From an uncultured cyanobacterium (lineage in GTDB: Bacteria > Cyanobacteriota > Cyanobacteriia > Leptolyngbyales > Leptolyngbyaceae): a stretch of DNA of 64,000 bases. The stretch spans positions 37,048-101,047 of the forward strand of contig CAVYAN010000031.1 in NCBI GenBank assembly GCA_963766075.1. The letters are read 5' to 3'. Positions 31,496 through 42,541 of this stretch are shown here, piece by piece. Every line of letters starts with the position of its first letter. Position 1 is the first letter of the stretch. The notes under the pieces were generated by a model. That model searched no databases. It had not been told where the DNA came from and was given only the letters and a program-made list of their open reading frames with translations. The position numbers and the translations under genes are program-made.

Positions 31496-31742
31496 GTGGG
31501 TTGATCGGGTCACCCGGTATTCGTGCATGCGGGCCATGAATAGGCTCACCGGATGGTGGGGGCTTTTTGCGTGGGTTGATGGCCGATGGTGAAACTCGTC
31601 AAAATTGAGTCCTTAACTTAGTCCTTATTAAAACTTAGTCCGTTGGGGGAATTCTATGAAGCCTCTACAAACAATCTCCGTACATCTTTGTATTTTACGT
31701 ATAAAAGGCTATGAATTATGAATCAAGCTCGTATTTTTACTT

Positions 31743-33167
31743 ATGCCCTTCAGCCTAGAATCATCTCTACAGCAGTCGTCCTTACTCACACCAGGAAAAT
31801 CCAGCCCATCAATTGTGAATCCTTGGGAGCGTTTACTAAGTAACCGTTTAAACGGGAGCCATAGCTCTTTGGCTACAGCTAGCCCCTACTTAGGACGGAA
31901 TTCTCTTGCGGGACAGGGCACGGTTGCCTTGATGGGAAATGCCCGCACGGGCGGAGTTGGCCCAAAATCCATCGTCTCGCAGGGTGATAACAGCCATCGC
32001 ATCATTCTAGATTGGAATGCCACGATGCTAGAGGCGATCGCCGCCAACAAGACCGCTCCCCCTCTAGCAGCTCGCAATATGGCGATTGTCCAAACTGCCG
32101 TGTACGATGCTGTCAACGCCATCGTAAAAATGGGCAAAAGCCTAATGACTACGGTCAAGGCCCCCATTTGGGCCTCCGCCGAATCCGCCGCCGCCATGGC
32201 CGCCTACAAAACCCTGGTTAACCTTTTTCCCCAGCAGAAAGCGATCTTTGATCAAGCCTTGGTAGCCTCTGACGCCAAGGTCGAGAATGGTATCTCGGAA
32301 GCCATGGGATGGCAAGTCGGGTCCCAAGTTGCCGCGCGTATTCTCACCCTACGCGCAAACGATGGTGCTAATACGCAAGTCACGTATACTGCCCAGAGCG
32401 GATTGGGCTACTGGAAGTCTACGGCCCCTGGCGCACCGGCTCCCGTATTACCCCAATGGCCCAACGTTACCCCCTTTGCCCTCCAAACGGGATCACAATT
32501 TCGCCCGACAACCCCACCAACCTACACCAGTGCTCAATTTATCTCAGACCTGGCAGCAGTCCGCAGCCTTGGTTCCAGAGACAGCACGGTCCGTACTGCC
32601 GACCAAACCCAAATTGCGCTCTTCTGGGCCGATGGCGGCGGCACCTTTACCCCTCCAGGACACTGGAATGCCATTGCAGCTCAGGTGGCGCAGGCTAAAG
32701 GGACCAACCTATTTCAAGATGCCCAGTTGTTTGCCACCCTAAACATGGCGCTGGCCGACGCAGGAATCGCCGCTTGGGATAGTAAATACGCTTACAATCA
32801 GTGGCGACCAATTAATGCCATCCGCGATACAACCCCAGGATTGGGCTGGACCTCTGACCCATCCTGGACCCCGTTAATTACTACCCCTAACTTCCCAGAT
32901 TGTATTTCTGGACATAGTACCTTCAGCGCTGCTGCAGGTACGGTTTTAGGGACTTTTTTCGGCGACAATACCCGTTTTACGGCAATGGCCCACAGCACAT
33001 CCGCTGTACCGACGGTGATTCGGTCCTACAGTAGCTTTTCCCAGGCCGTGGCCGAGGCTGGGGCCAGTCGAATTTACGGTGGCATTCATTGGGAGTCCTC
33101 TAACCAGGATGGTCAAAGGACGGGGCGAACCATTGGTCAGTATGTGATTCAAAAATTCTGGTCATAA
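31743..33167 (+). CDS. Vanadium-dependent haloperoxidase / PAP2-superfamily protein
   Basis: KYAYNQWRP, PNFPDCISGHS and SRIYGGIHW motifs; PPLAARNMA. Confidence 0.82.
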   Translation: MPFSLESSLQQSSLLTPGKSSPSIVNPWERLLSNRLNGSHSSLATASPYLGRNSLAGQGTVALMGNARTGGVGPKSIVSQGDNSHRIILDWNATMLEAIAANKTAPPLAARNMAIVQTAVYDAVNAIVKMGKSLMTTVKAPIWASAESAAAMAAYKTLVNLFPQQKAIFDQALVASDAKVENGISEAMGWQVGSQVAARILTLRANDGANTQVTYTAQSGLGYWKSTAPGAPAPVLPQWPNVTPFALQTGSQFRPTTPPTYTSAQFISDLAAVRSLGSRDSTVRTADQTQIALFWADGGGTFTPPGHWNAIAAQVAQAKGTNLFQDAQLFATLNMALADAGIAAWDSKYAYNQWRPINAIRDTTPGLGWTSDPSWTPLITTPNFPDCISGHSTFSAAAGTVLGTFFGDNTRFTAMAHSTSAVPTVIRSYSSFSQAVAEAGASRIYGGIHWESSNQDGQRTGRTIGQYVIQKFWS

Positions 33168-33179
33168 CCCAGAGAGCAT

Positions 33180-33233
33180 CTTCAAAAGCAAATCCCCTCT
33201 TACTTCGCGCTAAGAGGGGATTTGCTTTTGAAG
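33180..33233. terminator. Probable bidirectional terminator (23-bp perfect inverted repeat)
   Basis: CTTCAAAAGCAAATCCCCTCTTA / TAAGAGGGGATTTGCTTTTGAAG between convergent genes. Confidence 0.8.
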
Positions 33234-33288
33234 GAGTATGAACAATGGGAACCAACGATGGGGCGCTTTAGTCGCACCGCGCCAAGAC

Positions 33289-33564
33289 TCAACCGCCCGC
33301 GATCGCCGGAATAATACTGACTTCATCCCCATCACTGAGGGCAGTCTTAATCCCATCCAAAAAGCGAATATCTTCACTATTTACGTAAAAATTCACAAAT
33401 CGGCGTAAATCGCCTTGATCATCACAAAGCCGAGCCTTGATACCGGGACAGCTAGATTCTAGTGATTCTAGCAATTCGCCAATGGTGGCACCGCTGCACT
33501 CCACCGTAGCTTGATTATTGGTCAACTTTTGCAGCGGAGTTGGGATTAAAACTTTAACAGCCAT
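33289..33564 (-). CDS. MoaD/ThiS (CysO-like) sulfur carrier protein
   Basis: Ubiquitin-like; [15 protein letters not shown] and C-terminal IPAIAGG. Confidence 0.9.
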   Translation of the reverse strand: MAVKVLIPTPLQKLTNNQATVECSGATIGELLESLESSCPGIKARLCDDQGDLRRFVNFYVNSEDIRFLDGIKTALSDGDEVSIIPAIAGG

Positions 33565-33752
33565 AACTCTAAAGACGTGCGGGATAGAGGGTATTGAAAC
33601 AAATCAGAAAACCGAGCCAGGAAGACTCTATAAGCCAGAACAGATGAGGTAGCACCGTCAACATACCGTAAATAACAGGCGAATCTGCTCGATCCTACCC
33701 CTGCCTCATCCTTATTTAACCCAAATTAAACCAAAACTTGATTTAACCCAAA

Positions 33753-35072
33753 TTAAACCAAAACTTGCTGCCATTCCAGCCGCTCCAGCGTGCGAGACCG
33801 TTCCAAGGCGCGCTCAAAGCTATCCAGCTTCGGTTCAATGGTCAGAGCCTCACCAATATAGCCTTGGACGGCTTCCTGAGTCTTCAGCCCATTGCCCGTA
33901 ATGTAGACCACCGTGGTCTCTTCGGGATCAATCTTGCCTTCAGCCACCAGCTTTTGCAGAACGGCTATCGTTGTGCCGCCTGCCGTTTCCGTGAAAATAC
34001 CTTCAGTTTCCGCCAAAAGCTTGATACCCGCAATAATTTCGGCATCAGTGACGGATTCAATGTTGCCGTTGGTTTTGTGTGCAATATCGATCGCATAAAC
34101 GCCATCTGCCGGATTGCCAATCGCGATCGACTTAGCGATGGTGTTCGGTTTCACAGGCGAAATAAAGTCACGTCCTTCCTTGTAGGCTTGGGCGATGGGA
34201 GAACAACCCTCTGCTTGAGCACCGCTGAATCGGACCGGCTTATCTGCCACAAGGCCGACATCCACGAATTCGCGGAAACCCTTGTAAATCTTGGTGAACA
34301 GTGAACCCGAAGCCAATGGAGCCACGATATGGTCGGGCAGTTGCCAGCCCAGTTGCTCAGCCACCTCGTAGCCCAAGGTTTTAGACCCTTCCGAATAATA
34401 GGGACGCAGATTGATATTGACAAAGCCCCAACCGTGGGTGTTCGCCACTTCGGAACAGAGGCGATTCACTTGGTCGTAGTTTCCCTTCACCGCCATTACC
34501 GTGGGATTGTAAATCAGGGTACCCAGCACTTTGCCCGCTTCCAGGTCGGAAGGAATGAAGACACAGCAGTCTAGGCCAGCATGGGCGGCGATCGCCGCAG
34601 TCGAGTTGGCCAAGTTTCCTGTGCTCGCACAGGAAACCGTATCAAAGCCCAATTCCTTAGCACGGGTCAACGCCACCGACACCACCCGATCCTTGAAGCT
34701 AAGAGTCGGCATGTTGACCGCATCATTCTTGATATAAAGCTTCTTCAAACCCAAACGGCGTGCCAGCCGATTGGCCTGCACCAGCGGTGTCATGCCCGTA
34801 CCCACATCAATCGGGTTTTCACTAGCAACGGGTAGAAATGCCCGATAGCGCCAAATGGAATTCGGCCCTGCTTGAATGCTTTCTCGAGTCACCTGCCGCC
34901 GCAACGCGTCATAGTCATAGGCGACTTCCAAGGGACCAAAGCACAGTTCGCAAACATGCATTGCCTTCAGCTCGTACTCCTCTCCGCACTCTTTGCACTT
35001 CAGGGCGCGAAAAGTGGCGGCATTGGATTTGGACTGATGGGTAACGTGAGGCTTGTGAGTCGCTAATGTCAT
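33753..35072 (-). CDS. thrC: Threonine synthase-like PLP enzyme
   Basis: N-terminal CxxC...CxxC; PTLSFKDR, ASTGN, SEGSKT and TGNGLK motifs. Confidence 0.85.
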   Translation of the reverse strand: MTLATHKPHVTHQSKSNAATFRALKCKECGEEYELKAMHVCELCFGPLEVAYDYDALRRQVTRESIQAGPNSIWRYRAFLPVASENPIDVGTGMTPLVQANRLARRLGLKKLYIKNDAVNMPTLSFKDRVVSVALTRAKELGFDTVSCASTGNLANSTAAIAAHAGLDCCVFIPSDLEAGKVLGTLIYNPTVMAVKGNYDQVNRLCSEVANTHGWGFVNINLRPYYSEGSKTLGYEVAEQLGWQLPDHIVAPLASGSLFTKIYKGFREFVDVGLVADKPVRFSGAQAEGCSPIAQAYKEGRDFISPVKPNTIAKSIAIGNPADGVYAIDIAHKTNGNIESVTDAEIIAGIKLLAETEGIFTETAGGTTIAVLQKLVAEGKIDPEETTVVYITGNGLKTQEAVQGYIGEALTIEPKLDSFERALERSRTLERLEWQQVLV

Positions 35073-35151
35073 GGTGGGAGTCTCTTGGTAAAAGCGAACA
35101 GGATAATCGCAAACGGGCGAACTTTGGGAATTGCTTCTTTAATGTTCGCTG

Positions 35152-35207
35152 ATGCTATCACGGGTGAAAATGCACGTCAAACATACCCGACTAAAATAGT
35201 CGGCTTT
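35152..35207 (-). promoter_or_regulatory. Promoter TTGACG-N17-TAGCAT with Rrf2/IscR-type operator
   Basis: Minus-strand -35 at 35175-35180, -10 at 35152-35157; palindrome ATACCCGACTAAAATAGTCGGCTTT at 35183-35207. Confidence 0.6.
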
Positions 35208-35576
35208 TCTTCCACCCCTATTTCTGCAACGCTTCCAGCCGGATTTAGCACAGCCGCCGCCCGTCTAGCCGACTCAGTTCACTCCAGAATGTACTTTAGA
35301 TAAGAAATTCTGTACCCTCGCTAATCCAAGTAACGGCAGGCATCTCAGAAAAAATGTCGCACGATATACCGAGCTTTTTGTCAAACCATCTTTAGATCTT
35401 GTAACATTAGTCGATAAGTAGAGGCGTTAGCGATTCTTAAGGCGGCATCTCCGGGAACCCCCCACCGTGCTCGGTCACCCAGGTGATTTCCTCGGTAGAT
35501 TTACAGATTTCCCTCAGATGTTCCGTCTCTACAATGTCCGGTTAATGTTGTCAACTCTCTCATTTGGAGTCAATTT

Positions 35577-35786
35577 ATGGAAACCCCCATGGAACTAAGC
35601 TTGGAGCAGCGGTTTAGCGTTCGCTCCTTTGAAAACCAAGTCCAGAAGATGAGCCAAGCCCAGGCCCAAGACTTTTTGGTCCAGCTTTACGAGCAAATGA
35701 TGATGCGGGAAAACATGTACAAGCACTTTCTGAAACATCAGTGGGGTTTGGAATCGGGGCCGGCATTGCCCTACCCTGCGCCCTAG
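35577..35786 (+). CDS. nblA: Phycobilisome degradation protein NblA
   Basis: LSLEQRFSVRSF...MSQAQAQDFL...QMMMRENMYKHFLKHQWG. Confidence 0.92.
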   Translation: METPMELSLEQRFSVRSFENQVQKMSQAQAQDFLVQLYEQMMMRENMYKHFLKHQWGLESGPALPYPAP

Positions 35787-36136
35787 GCATAGACCTTTAG
35801 GACATTACTGAAGAAGGCTGTGGACGGGTTAGCCTCGGATCTCTTGTTGCATTCCGGCCTAGGAATGCGTCTGGGGGTGGTGGGCAATCTCTCCTAAGCT
35901 GTGTTTCTTCCCAACCATTATGGAACTCTCATTGCATTGATTTTTTGCCTATTGATTTTTGCCCATAGTGTTATTGGCTTAAAGCTCTCTATTGGCTCGT
36001 GAATATTTTTCACTTTATATGGATTTCATGCGTGCTAGATCAAGGACATCGTGCTTTCAGGATGGTTGTTCTAGCAGTATATGGGTGGTTTTTAGAATGC
36101 TCTCTTCAGTTCGCCCTCTCTCTGTTAGGAGTGATT

Positions 36137-36934
36137 TCAGGGATCGATGGGACAACTGGGATAGGGAAGTTGGGTGCCACAATTGCGACAGAAATGCGCG
36201 TCCGCCGCATGGGATGCCAGCCCGCATTTTGTACAGGTCGTTTGCACTTGATCCGCCGCCTGGGCCACCCGTTTGACTAAATCCCCCACTTGCCAAGGGA
36301 TGAGTGTGATGCCCGTCAAAATCATCAGCACGGTCAAAAATCGACCCAGTTGTGAATCCGGCGTGACGTCGCCAAATCCTACCGTTGTCATTGTCGCTAC
36401 CGCAAAATAGACAGCATCTAAAAATGTCCCAAAGTCCTGTGGATCACTCGAATGTTCAACCTGATAAATTAATCCTGCAAATACAAAGACAATGATAAAT
36501 AGTGTCAGCAGAATGCGACTAAAAATTACACTGTCTTCACTCGTAACGTAGCCAAATACGGTGCGACCTTCAACGAATCGCACTAGGCGTAAGATCCGAA
36601 ATCCACGAAATACACGCAAAAAACTGACATCAAACACCCCGATTAAAAACGGGAGAATCGCAATTAAGTCAATAATCGAATACAGGCTAAAGAAATAACG
36701 GAGCTTATTTTCCGCCACCCAAAATCGCAATACATACTCGATCGCAAACACCGCCAAAATTCCCGTATCTAAGACATCCAGAATATGGCGTACTCTGTCT
36801 GGCATGGTGTAGGTTTGGGCGACAAAGATTCCTGACGACAGGAGAACCAATGCCGTCACGCCAAGGTTGATCGTTTTTCCCAAAGGGGTTTCGATATCTT
36901 CTAGATAGAAACTAATCGTCCGTGGCAGTGACAT
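36137..36934 (-). CDS. Voltage-gated potassium channel family protein
   Basis: S4 RVFRGFRILRLVR, pore TMTTVGFGD, C-terminal zinc ribbon. Confidence 0.9.
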   Translation of the reverse strand: MSLPRTISFYLEDIETPLGKTINLGVTALVLLSSGIFVAQTYTMPDRVRHILDVLDTGILAVFAIEYVLRFWVAENKLRYFFSLYSIIDLIAILPFLIGVFDVSFLRVFRGFRILRLVRFVEGRTVFGYVTSEDSVIFSRILLTLFIIVFVFAGLIYQVEHSSDPQDFGTFLDAVYFAVATMTTVGFGDVTPDSQLGRFLTVLMILTGITLIPWQVGDLVKRVAQAADQVQTTCTKCGLASHAADAHFCRNCGTQLPYPSCPIDP

Positions 36935-37197
36935 TGTAGATTTTAGAACTGGGAGCCTAGGTCAAAACAAAAGAACCGATTCGGCCTTTCGCTGAATTAT
37001 CCCCTGTGACTGGGCGATCGCCAACTGTTTTTCCGCCCTGCTCTCGGTGCTACCACGTCGCTAGGGTGCTGTCGTTTTTGGGCTGTGGCCATCAAGAATT
37101 TCCCTAAGGACAAGTCCCTAGAGGGAGCTGCCCTCAAATCCTGTTGCCTCTTGTAGAATGGGACGTGTGTAAACCCTGAATCAGGGAGGAGTGGGCA

Positions 37198-38037
37198 GTG
37201 GATGATTTACGGGCTGCCTTGGAGCTGGCAACGGATGAAGAGCTACAGGATTTGACAGAGATTTTGTTCCGGCGCAAGTTTAACCCCTTAGACTACCTGG
37301 CGACCCCGGACCCCCTAGAGGTGCAAAGCCAAGAGCGCCGAGATTGGATTGATGCCATTGAAGATCGGTTTCGCTTTCTTGCTGCCGATGGGATGACCGT
37401 TCTCAGCGGCAAGAGCGATCGCCTCAGCTACCGCCAAATCCTGATTCAGGTCTGCCGTCATCTGAAATTGCCCTACCTCGGTACCATGTCTACTCTAGAC
37501 TTAGAAGCCGAAATTTTTCTGCATCTCCTCAGCCGTGCCTGGACCCAACTGCCCAGCGCCGAACAGGGTGCCCTGAAAATTCGCCTCCACAAATCCCTGA
37601 CAAATTCCCAACTCCTGCCCAAGCTGCCCCTTGCCCTGCAACAGGATCCCCTCAAATTACTCGTTAAAGGGGGCGGGGCGATCGCCCTCAACTCTCTGCT
37701 GCGTCCCCTACTGCTCCAGCACATTGCCCGCCAGTTTGCGCTGCACTTTGCCACCTACCAAGTCGCTCAGCAGGCCGTGATTGCCGGGGGCGCGATCGCC
37801 ACTGGCAAATTCCAGCAGTACTTCACGCTACAGATGGCCAAGCGCGGGATGGCCGTCAGCACCGCTCGCTATGCTGCTGCCCGGAGCATCTTTGCTGTTT
37901 TGGGGCCAGCGATGTGGGCCTTGTTTTTTGCCGATTTGGGTTGGCGCTCTATTGCCACCAACTATGGCCGCATTATCCCGATCATCTATGCGCTGGCACA
38001 AATTCGGCTGACGCGTGCGGTTGAGTGCCCTGCGTAG
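37198..38037 (+). CDS. YaaW/UPF0174-like protein
   Basis: LELATDEEL...FRFLAADG...SYRQIL...TNYGRIIP. Confidence 0.75.
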   Translation: MDDLRAALELATDEELQDLTEILFRRKFNPLDYLATPDPLEVQSQERRDWIDAIEDRFRFLAADGMTVLSGKSDRLSYRQILIQVCRHLKLPYLGTMSTLDLEAEIFLHLLSRAWTQLPSAEQGALKIRLHKSLTNSQLLPKLPLALQQDPLKLLVKGGGAIALNSLLRPLLLQHIARQFALHFATYQVAQQAVIAGGAIATGKFQQYFTLQMAKRGMAVSTARYAAARSIFAVLGPAMWALFFADLGWRSIATNYGRIIPIIYALAQIRLTRAVECPA

Positions 38038-38173
38038 GGGGTGGTGAAGGGAAATTACAAAGTTAAAAGTGCTCTGGTGGTGTGGCATAGAGCGCATCAA
38101 GCGTATAGAGTGCTATTAAACTGGGTGGCGTTTCTTTGGGAGCGTTGCGCTGCATTGGGTGTAGGCTATTGGC

Positions 38174-39583
38174 ATGAAACTACGGGTTCTGCCTGCCTAC
38201 GTCTACTCTCGCCATCCGGAGCCTTCCCTGCAAGGGGTGTGGAACATACTGCAATGTGCGATTTTGCTGTTGCCCTTTAGTTCCCTGCTGGGGAGTTTGG
38301 GCGTGTTAGGAGCGGCGATCGCCCTGTGGACTCAGAATTTTCCCCGGATCGTCCGCCGCCCGGTCAACCAGGCGTTGGCTGTATTGAGCCTGCTCTTTCT
38401 AGTCAGCAGTTGGGTTGCCTTTCAACCGGGAGCAGCGGCGATCGGTCTATTCAATTTTTTGCCGTTCTTTTTTGTTTTTGCTGGACTCAGCGAACTTCTG
38501 CAAACCCCGGCCCAGCTGCGTCGCCTCGCCCAAATTATCGTGTGGGGGTCACTCCCCATTGTTTTACTGGGCATGGGTCAACATTTTTGGGGCTGGTCGG
38601 GTCATGTGCAATGGCTGTGGATCCTCGCCGACTGGCATCTTGCCCCCTCAGGGAATCCTCCCGGACGCATGGCATCACTCTTTTATTACGCCAACGTCCT
38701 AGCCAGCTACCTCGTCATCACCTTCATTCTGAATCTTGGGCTTTGGATTGAGGCGATAGGGCCTAATCCTGGGCGACGGCCCGGGCGTTCAGCCACTCAC
38801 CCCGTCGTGCATAGTCCAGTTGCCCATAGTCCCGTCGCCAACGTTGCTTCCAAAGCTGCGCGCGCCAAAATCCAAAATCCTAGTCCTTACGTCTGGCTGT
38901 TGACGATCGCCTTGGTGGGTAACGCGAGCGCCTTGATCCTGACTAACTCTCGCAACGCTTGGATTGTCGCCTGTCTGGCGGGGGTTGCTTTTGCGGTATA
39001 CCAAGGCTGGCGGTGGATTTTGGTGGCGATGGGGGCGATCTCGACAACGATTTTGGGGGCGGCCTTTGCACCTGCTCCAATTCACGCCCCTCTCCGACGG
39101 ATTGTTCCCGCTTTTTTCTGGGCCAGACTCAATGATCAAATGTATCCAAATCGTCCTGTGGGTGATTTGCGATCGACCCAATGGCACTTTGCCTGGGAGC
39201 TCGCGCAGCAGCGCCCCTGGACTGGTTGGGGCCTGCGTAACTTTAGCCCTCTGTACACGGCTAAAATGCAGTTTTTCATCGGGCACCCCCACAACTTCTT
39301 TCTGATGCTGGCCGCCGAAACTGGGTTTCCGGCTACCCTGTTGCTGTATGCGATCGCGGGCTGGATCACGGCCCAATTCTGCCTTTGCCTGAACCATACC
39401 CCCGCTCCTCCGCTCCCCCTTTTCACCGTGCTGACTGCTTTCCTCGCCATTACCCTCTTCAGCTTCCTCGACATCACGTTTTTCGATGTCCGCCTGAATC
39501 TCCTCGGCTGGATACTCTTGGCTAGCCTCAGCGGCATCGTTGTTCAGGCTAGGCGTCCAGCAAGCCGGGAAATTGAAGGTTAG
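38174..39583 (+). CDS. O-antigen ligase (Wzy_C) family membrane protein
   Basis: LTNSRNAW, RPWTGWG and HPHN motifs; multiple TM segments. Confidence 0.82.
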   Translation: MKLRVLPAYVYSRHPEPSLQGVWNILQCAILLLPFSSLLGSLGVLGAAIALWTQNFPRIVRRPVNQALAVLSLLFLVSSWVAFQPGAAAIGLFNFLPFFFVFAGLSELLQTPAQLRRLAQIIVWGSLPIVLLGMGQHFWGWSGHVQWLWILADWHLAPSGNPPGRMASLFYYANVLASYLVITFILNLGLWIEAIGPNPGRRPGRSATHPVVHSPVAHSPVANVASKAARAKIQNPSPYVWLLTIALVGNASALILTNSRNAWIVACLAGVAFAVYQGWRWILVAMGAISTTILGAAFAPAPIHAPLRRIVPAFFWARLNDQMYPNRPVGDLRSTQWHFAWELAQQRPWTGWGLRNFSPLYTAKMQFFIGHPHNFFLMLAAETGFPATLLLYAIAGWITAQFCLCLNHTPAPPLPLFTVLTAFLAITLFSFLDITFFDVRLNLLGWILLASLSGIVVQARRPASREIEG

Positions 39584-39641
39584 GGTTACAATTGGTAAAG
39601 ATTAATGGGCATAGGATCACCTCGACTCTAAAGGATTTTGC

Positions 39642-40483
39642 GTGACTCAGGACCGCGCTACTCCGGATAGCGGAGCCAATCAAACGCCGGATCAAACGGC
39701 CTATCAGCATCGGGTGGCGGGGAGCTATTATGCCGTGCTGGGGATCCAGCCCACTGCTTCAGCGCAGCAAGTTCGACAGGCTTACCGCGATTTGAGCAAG
39801 CTATACCATCCCGACACGACAACTCTGGAGTCTGCCGAGGCGATTCTCAAGTTTCAGCAGCTTAACGAAGCCTACGCCGCCCTGAGTAATCCCGAACGGC
39901 GGCGGGTCTATGACCAAAAGATTGGCTATTCCCGTGTCGCTGTGGTGCGCCCCCTGCCCAGCCTGAAGCAGACACCCCGCGCCCCGGCCCCATCCTCGGC
40001 ATATCTGGATCCCATCGATCGCCCCTCTCTCCCGGTGAACTGTTTGCAATTTTCATCCTGGGACTCACAGTCGTTGGCTGCTTGGTGCTGGCGATCGCCA
40101 TTGGCATTACGCAAGGTCCAGGCGTCCTCGATCCCATCACCGCCATCATCCCGCAGAGTATCGTCCCGCAAAATCCTGCCTCACAAAATCCTGTCCCACA
40201 AAATCCTGCCTCACAAAATTCCATTCCACAGACCATAATTCCTCCGAATATCCCCCTGCCCCGCAGTTCCCCGCCCCTCACCATTCCCAAAGCTCCCTAC
40301 TCACGCCCCCTTATCGCGCCCCCCTCCCTATCGTCTTCTCCTCCAGAAATCCTGATCCCGCCCCCCTCTGTACCGCCCACTTCCAGCCCCACGCCCCCAA
40401 AAGCCTTAAACTCAATACAGGCAGAACCTAGCCGGATCCTGGACTCGGAGCCGGATCAGCCTCGTCCCCAACAAGCCTCGTAA
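39642..40483 (+). CDS. DnaJ-domain membrane protein with Pro-rich tail (frameshifted near 40023)
   Basis: J-domain HPD; adding one C to the run at 40022-40025 gives DRPLSPGELFAIFILG and joins ORF 40082-40483. Confidence 0.75.
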
Positions 40484-40629
40484 GCACAGGGCCGTGTGGC
40501 AGAGCATTTTGCGCCACTTTGCTAGAGCATTGTTAATTCAGCCCCCGGCCTGTCTCTTCATCCAGACTTGACATCGCCTCACCCTAGTCCTTTATTACTT
40601 GATGTTATCTAGACCCAATGATCAAGCCC

Positions 40630-40902
40630 ATGGCACTTCCTCCCGCAGATACGCCCCTGTACAACCATCCGCTTCCCGAGATTGAGCAATGGATTATCCA
40701 GCAGGGTGGTACTCAAGATCAGGACAATCTGGAATGTTGGTTAATCCACCGTCCGGGCTGGAAAGCGGAATTGTGTCTGGATGTGGAACAACTTACGGTG
40801 CGTTATTTTGAATTTGGGGAGGGCGATCGCGCCGTTCAACGCGCCTTCAAATACTCCCTCAGCCGCCAAGACATTGAAGATGCTGTCTTTTCTGGTCCTT
40901 AG
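40630..40902 (+). CDS. DUF3143-like protein
   Basis: TPLYNHPLPEIEQW...FKYSLSRQDIEDAVFSGP. Confidence 0.75.
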   Translation: MALPPADTPLYNHPLPEIEQWIIQQGGTQDQDNLECWLIHRPGWKAELCLDVEQLTVRYFEFGEGDRAVQRAFKYSLSRQDIEDAVFSGP

Positions 40903-40919
40903 CCCACGGCGCTGCCACT

Positions 40920-41512
40920 ATGCCCCAAGCCAAACAGCGATTTGCCAATTTTGCAGAGTATCTGGCCTACGACGATGGGACAGACAATCGCTATGAATTA
41001 ATTGCTGGAGCATTAGTGACCTTGCCGCCGAAATCTGGACCGAATGACTTTATTGCTCAAGAACTATTTTGGCTATTCGCAAATCTGGGCCTGGTGCCTC
41101 GGTCGCTCATTCGGCCTCATACCTGTGAAATTCAGGTGCCGGTGCTGCACCCTGGGGATGCGGCCAATCGGTATCCAGACGTCGTGATTCTCGATCCAGT
41201 TCACCTGGGCCTAATCCAACGGCGGCTCACCATCACCATTGACATGCCCCCCCACAATTGGTGATTGAGGTAGTCAGTCCCGGCAAAGCCAATCGTGAAC
41301 GCGATTGGGTTAGAAAACGGGCTCAATATGCGGCACGAGGCATTTCTGAATATTGGTTGATTGATCCGGAGGCGCAGACGGTCACAGTTTTGGTATTGGC
41401 ATCAGGGGTATATGTTGAAGCTGGTGTATTTTGGGGTCAGGTTCAGGTTGCATCGCCGACGTTTGGCTTGTTAGAACTGACCGCCGCGCAGATTCTGATG
41501 GCGGGCGCATAG
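40920..41512 (+). CDS. Uma2-family endonuclease (frameshifted at C-run 41247-41253)
   Basis: RYELIAG, RYPDV, then (PQLV)IEVVSP...KRAQYAARGISEYWLIDP. Confidence 0.85.
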
Positions 41513-41573
41513 GCTTGTCGGGTGTGGCCGTTGACCTTGCAGCGGCAGGTCGTGATGGGTTGTCGCGATGGAC

Positions 41574-42323
41574 TTAAAGTTTGCCGAAGCGGCGCTCCCG
41601 CTGCTGGTAATTGATCAATGCCTGGTGGAAGCGTGCCCGATCAAAGTCTGGCCACAATGTTTCAGTGACATAAATTTCTGCATAGGCCATTTGCCACAGC
41701 AGGAAATTACTAATCCGCATTTCGCCACTGGTGCGGATCAGCAAATCGGGATCACAGATCCCTGCTGTGTATAAATGGCGCTCGATCGCAGCTTCGTCAA
41801 TATCCTCTGGCTTCAAGATGCCCTGCTGCACCTGCGTGGCGATCGCCCGACAGGCCTGGACAATTTCCTGCCGTCCCCCGTAGTTCGTCGCAATCGTAAA
41901 GCGGATGCCCTTGTTGCTCCGAGTCGTTTCTACGGCCCGATCAATCTCCTCCTGCAAGGTCGTCGGCAAGGCGGTCAAATTCCCCGCAAACTGAATGCGG
42001 ACATCCTCCTGCATCATTTCCTTCAGTTCGCGCCGCAGCACCCGCTCAAACAGAGTCATCAAAAACTCCACCTCATCGGATGGTCGCCCCCAGTTTTCCG
42101 TCGAAAAGGCATAGGCCGTCAAGGCCGCAACGCCCCAATCCCGACAGCAGCGGAGCAAATCCTTTAGCACATCCACGCCTTTGCGGTGGCCCATAATTCG
42201 GGGCATGCCACGCTGCTTAGCCCAGCGCCCATTTCCATCCATAATGACGGCAACATGCTGAGGCAGGCGATCGCGCACCAGATCCGGTGGCAACTCTTGT
42301 AAGACACTGGGCTTAACGGTCAT
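41574..42323 (-). CDS. uppS: Undecaprenyl diphosphate synthase / isoprenyl transferase
   Basis: [20 protein letters not shown] and [15 protein letters not shown] motifs. Confidence 0.95.
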   Translation of the reverse strand: MTVKPSVLQELPPDLVRDRLPQHVAVIMDGNGRWAKQRGMPRIMGHRKGVDVLKDLLRCCRDWGVAALTAYAFSTENWGRPSDEVEFLMTLFERVLRRELKEMMQEDVRIQFAGNLTALPTTLQEEIDRAVETTRSNKGIRFTIATNYGGRQEIVQACRAIATQVQQGILKPEDIDEAAIERHLYTAGICDPDLLIRTSGEMRISNFLLWQMAYAEIYVTETLWPDFDRARFHQALINYQQRERRFGKL

Positions 42324-42541
42324 GGGGTCTCCGGGGACGCAAAAGGTTGACAGATCAAAAAGAGTGCGGAACAGATGTAGGAACTTTTAGGGTTAGATTT
42401 TTAGGGTTAGATTTTGGATGGCGCTACGCCTTTGGATAGGGCTATGCACTGCCTTGCTAAAGGATTTTGATTCGAGTGCGGGCAAGCGGACGGTGCTAAG
42501 CACGGCTAGGATCGGAAGAATTGCGGGCCGCTGCAGGATGG

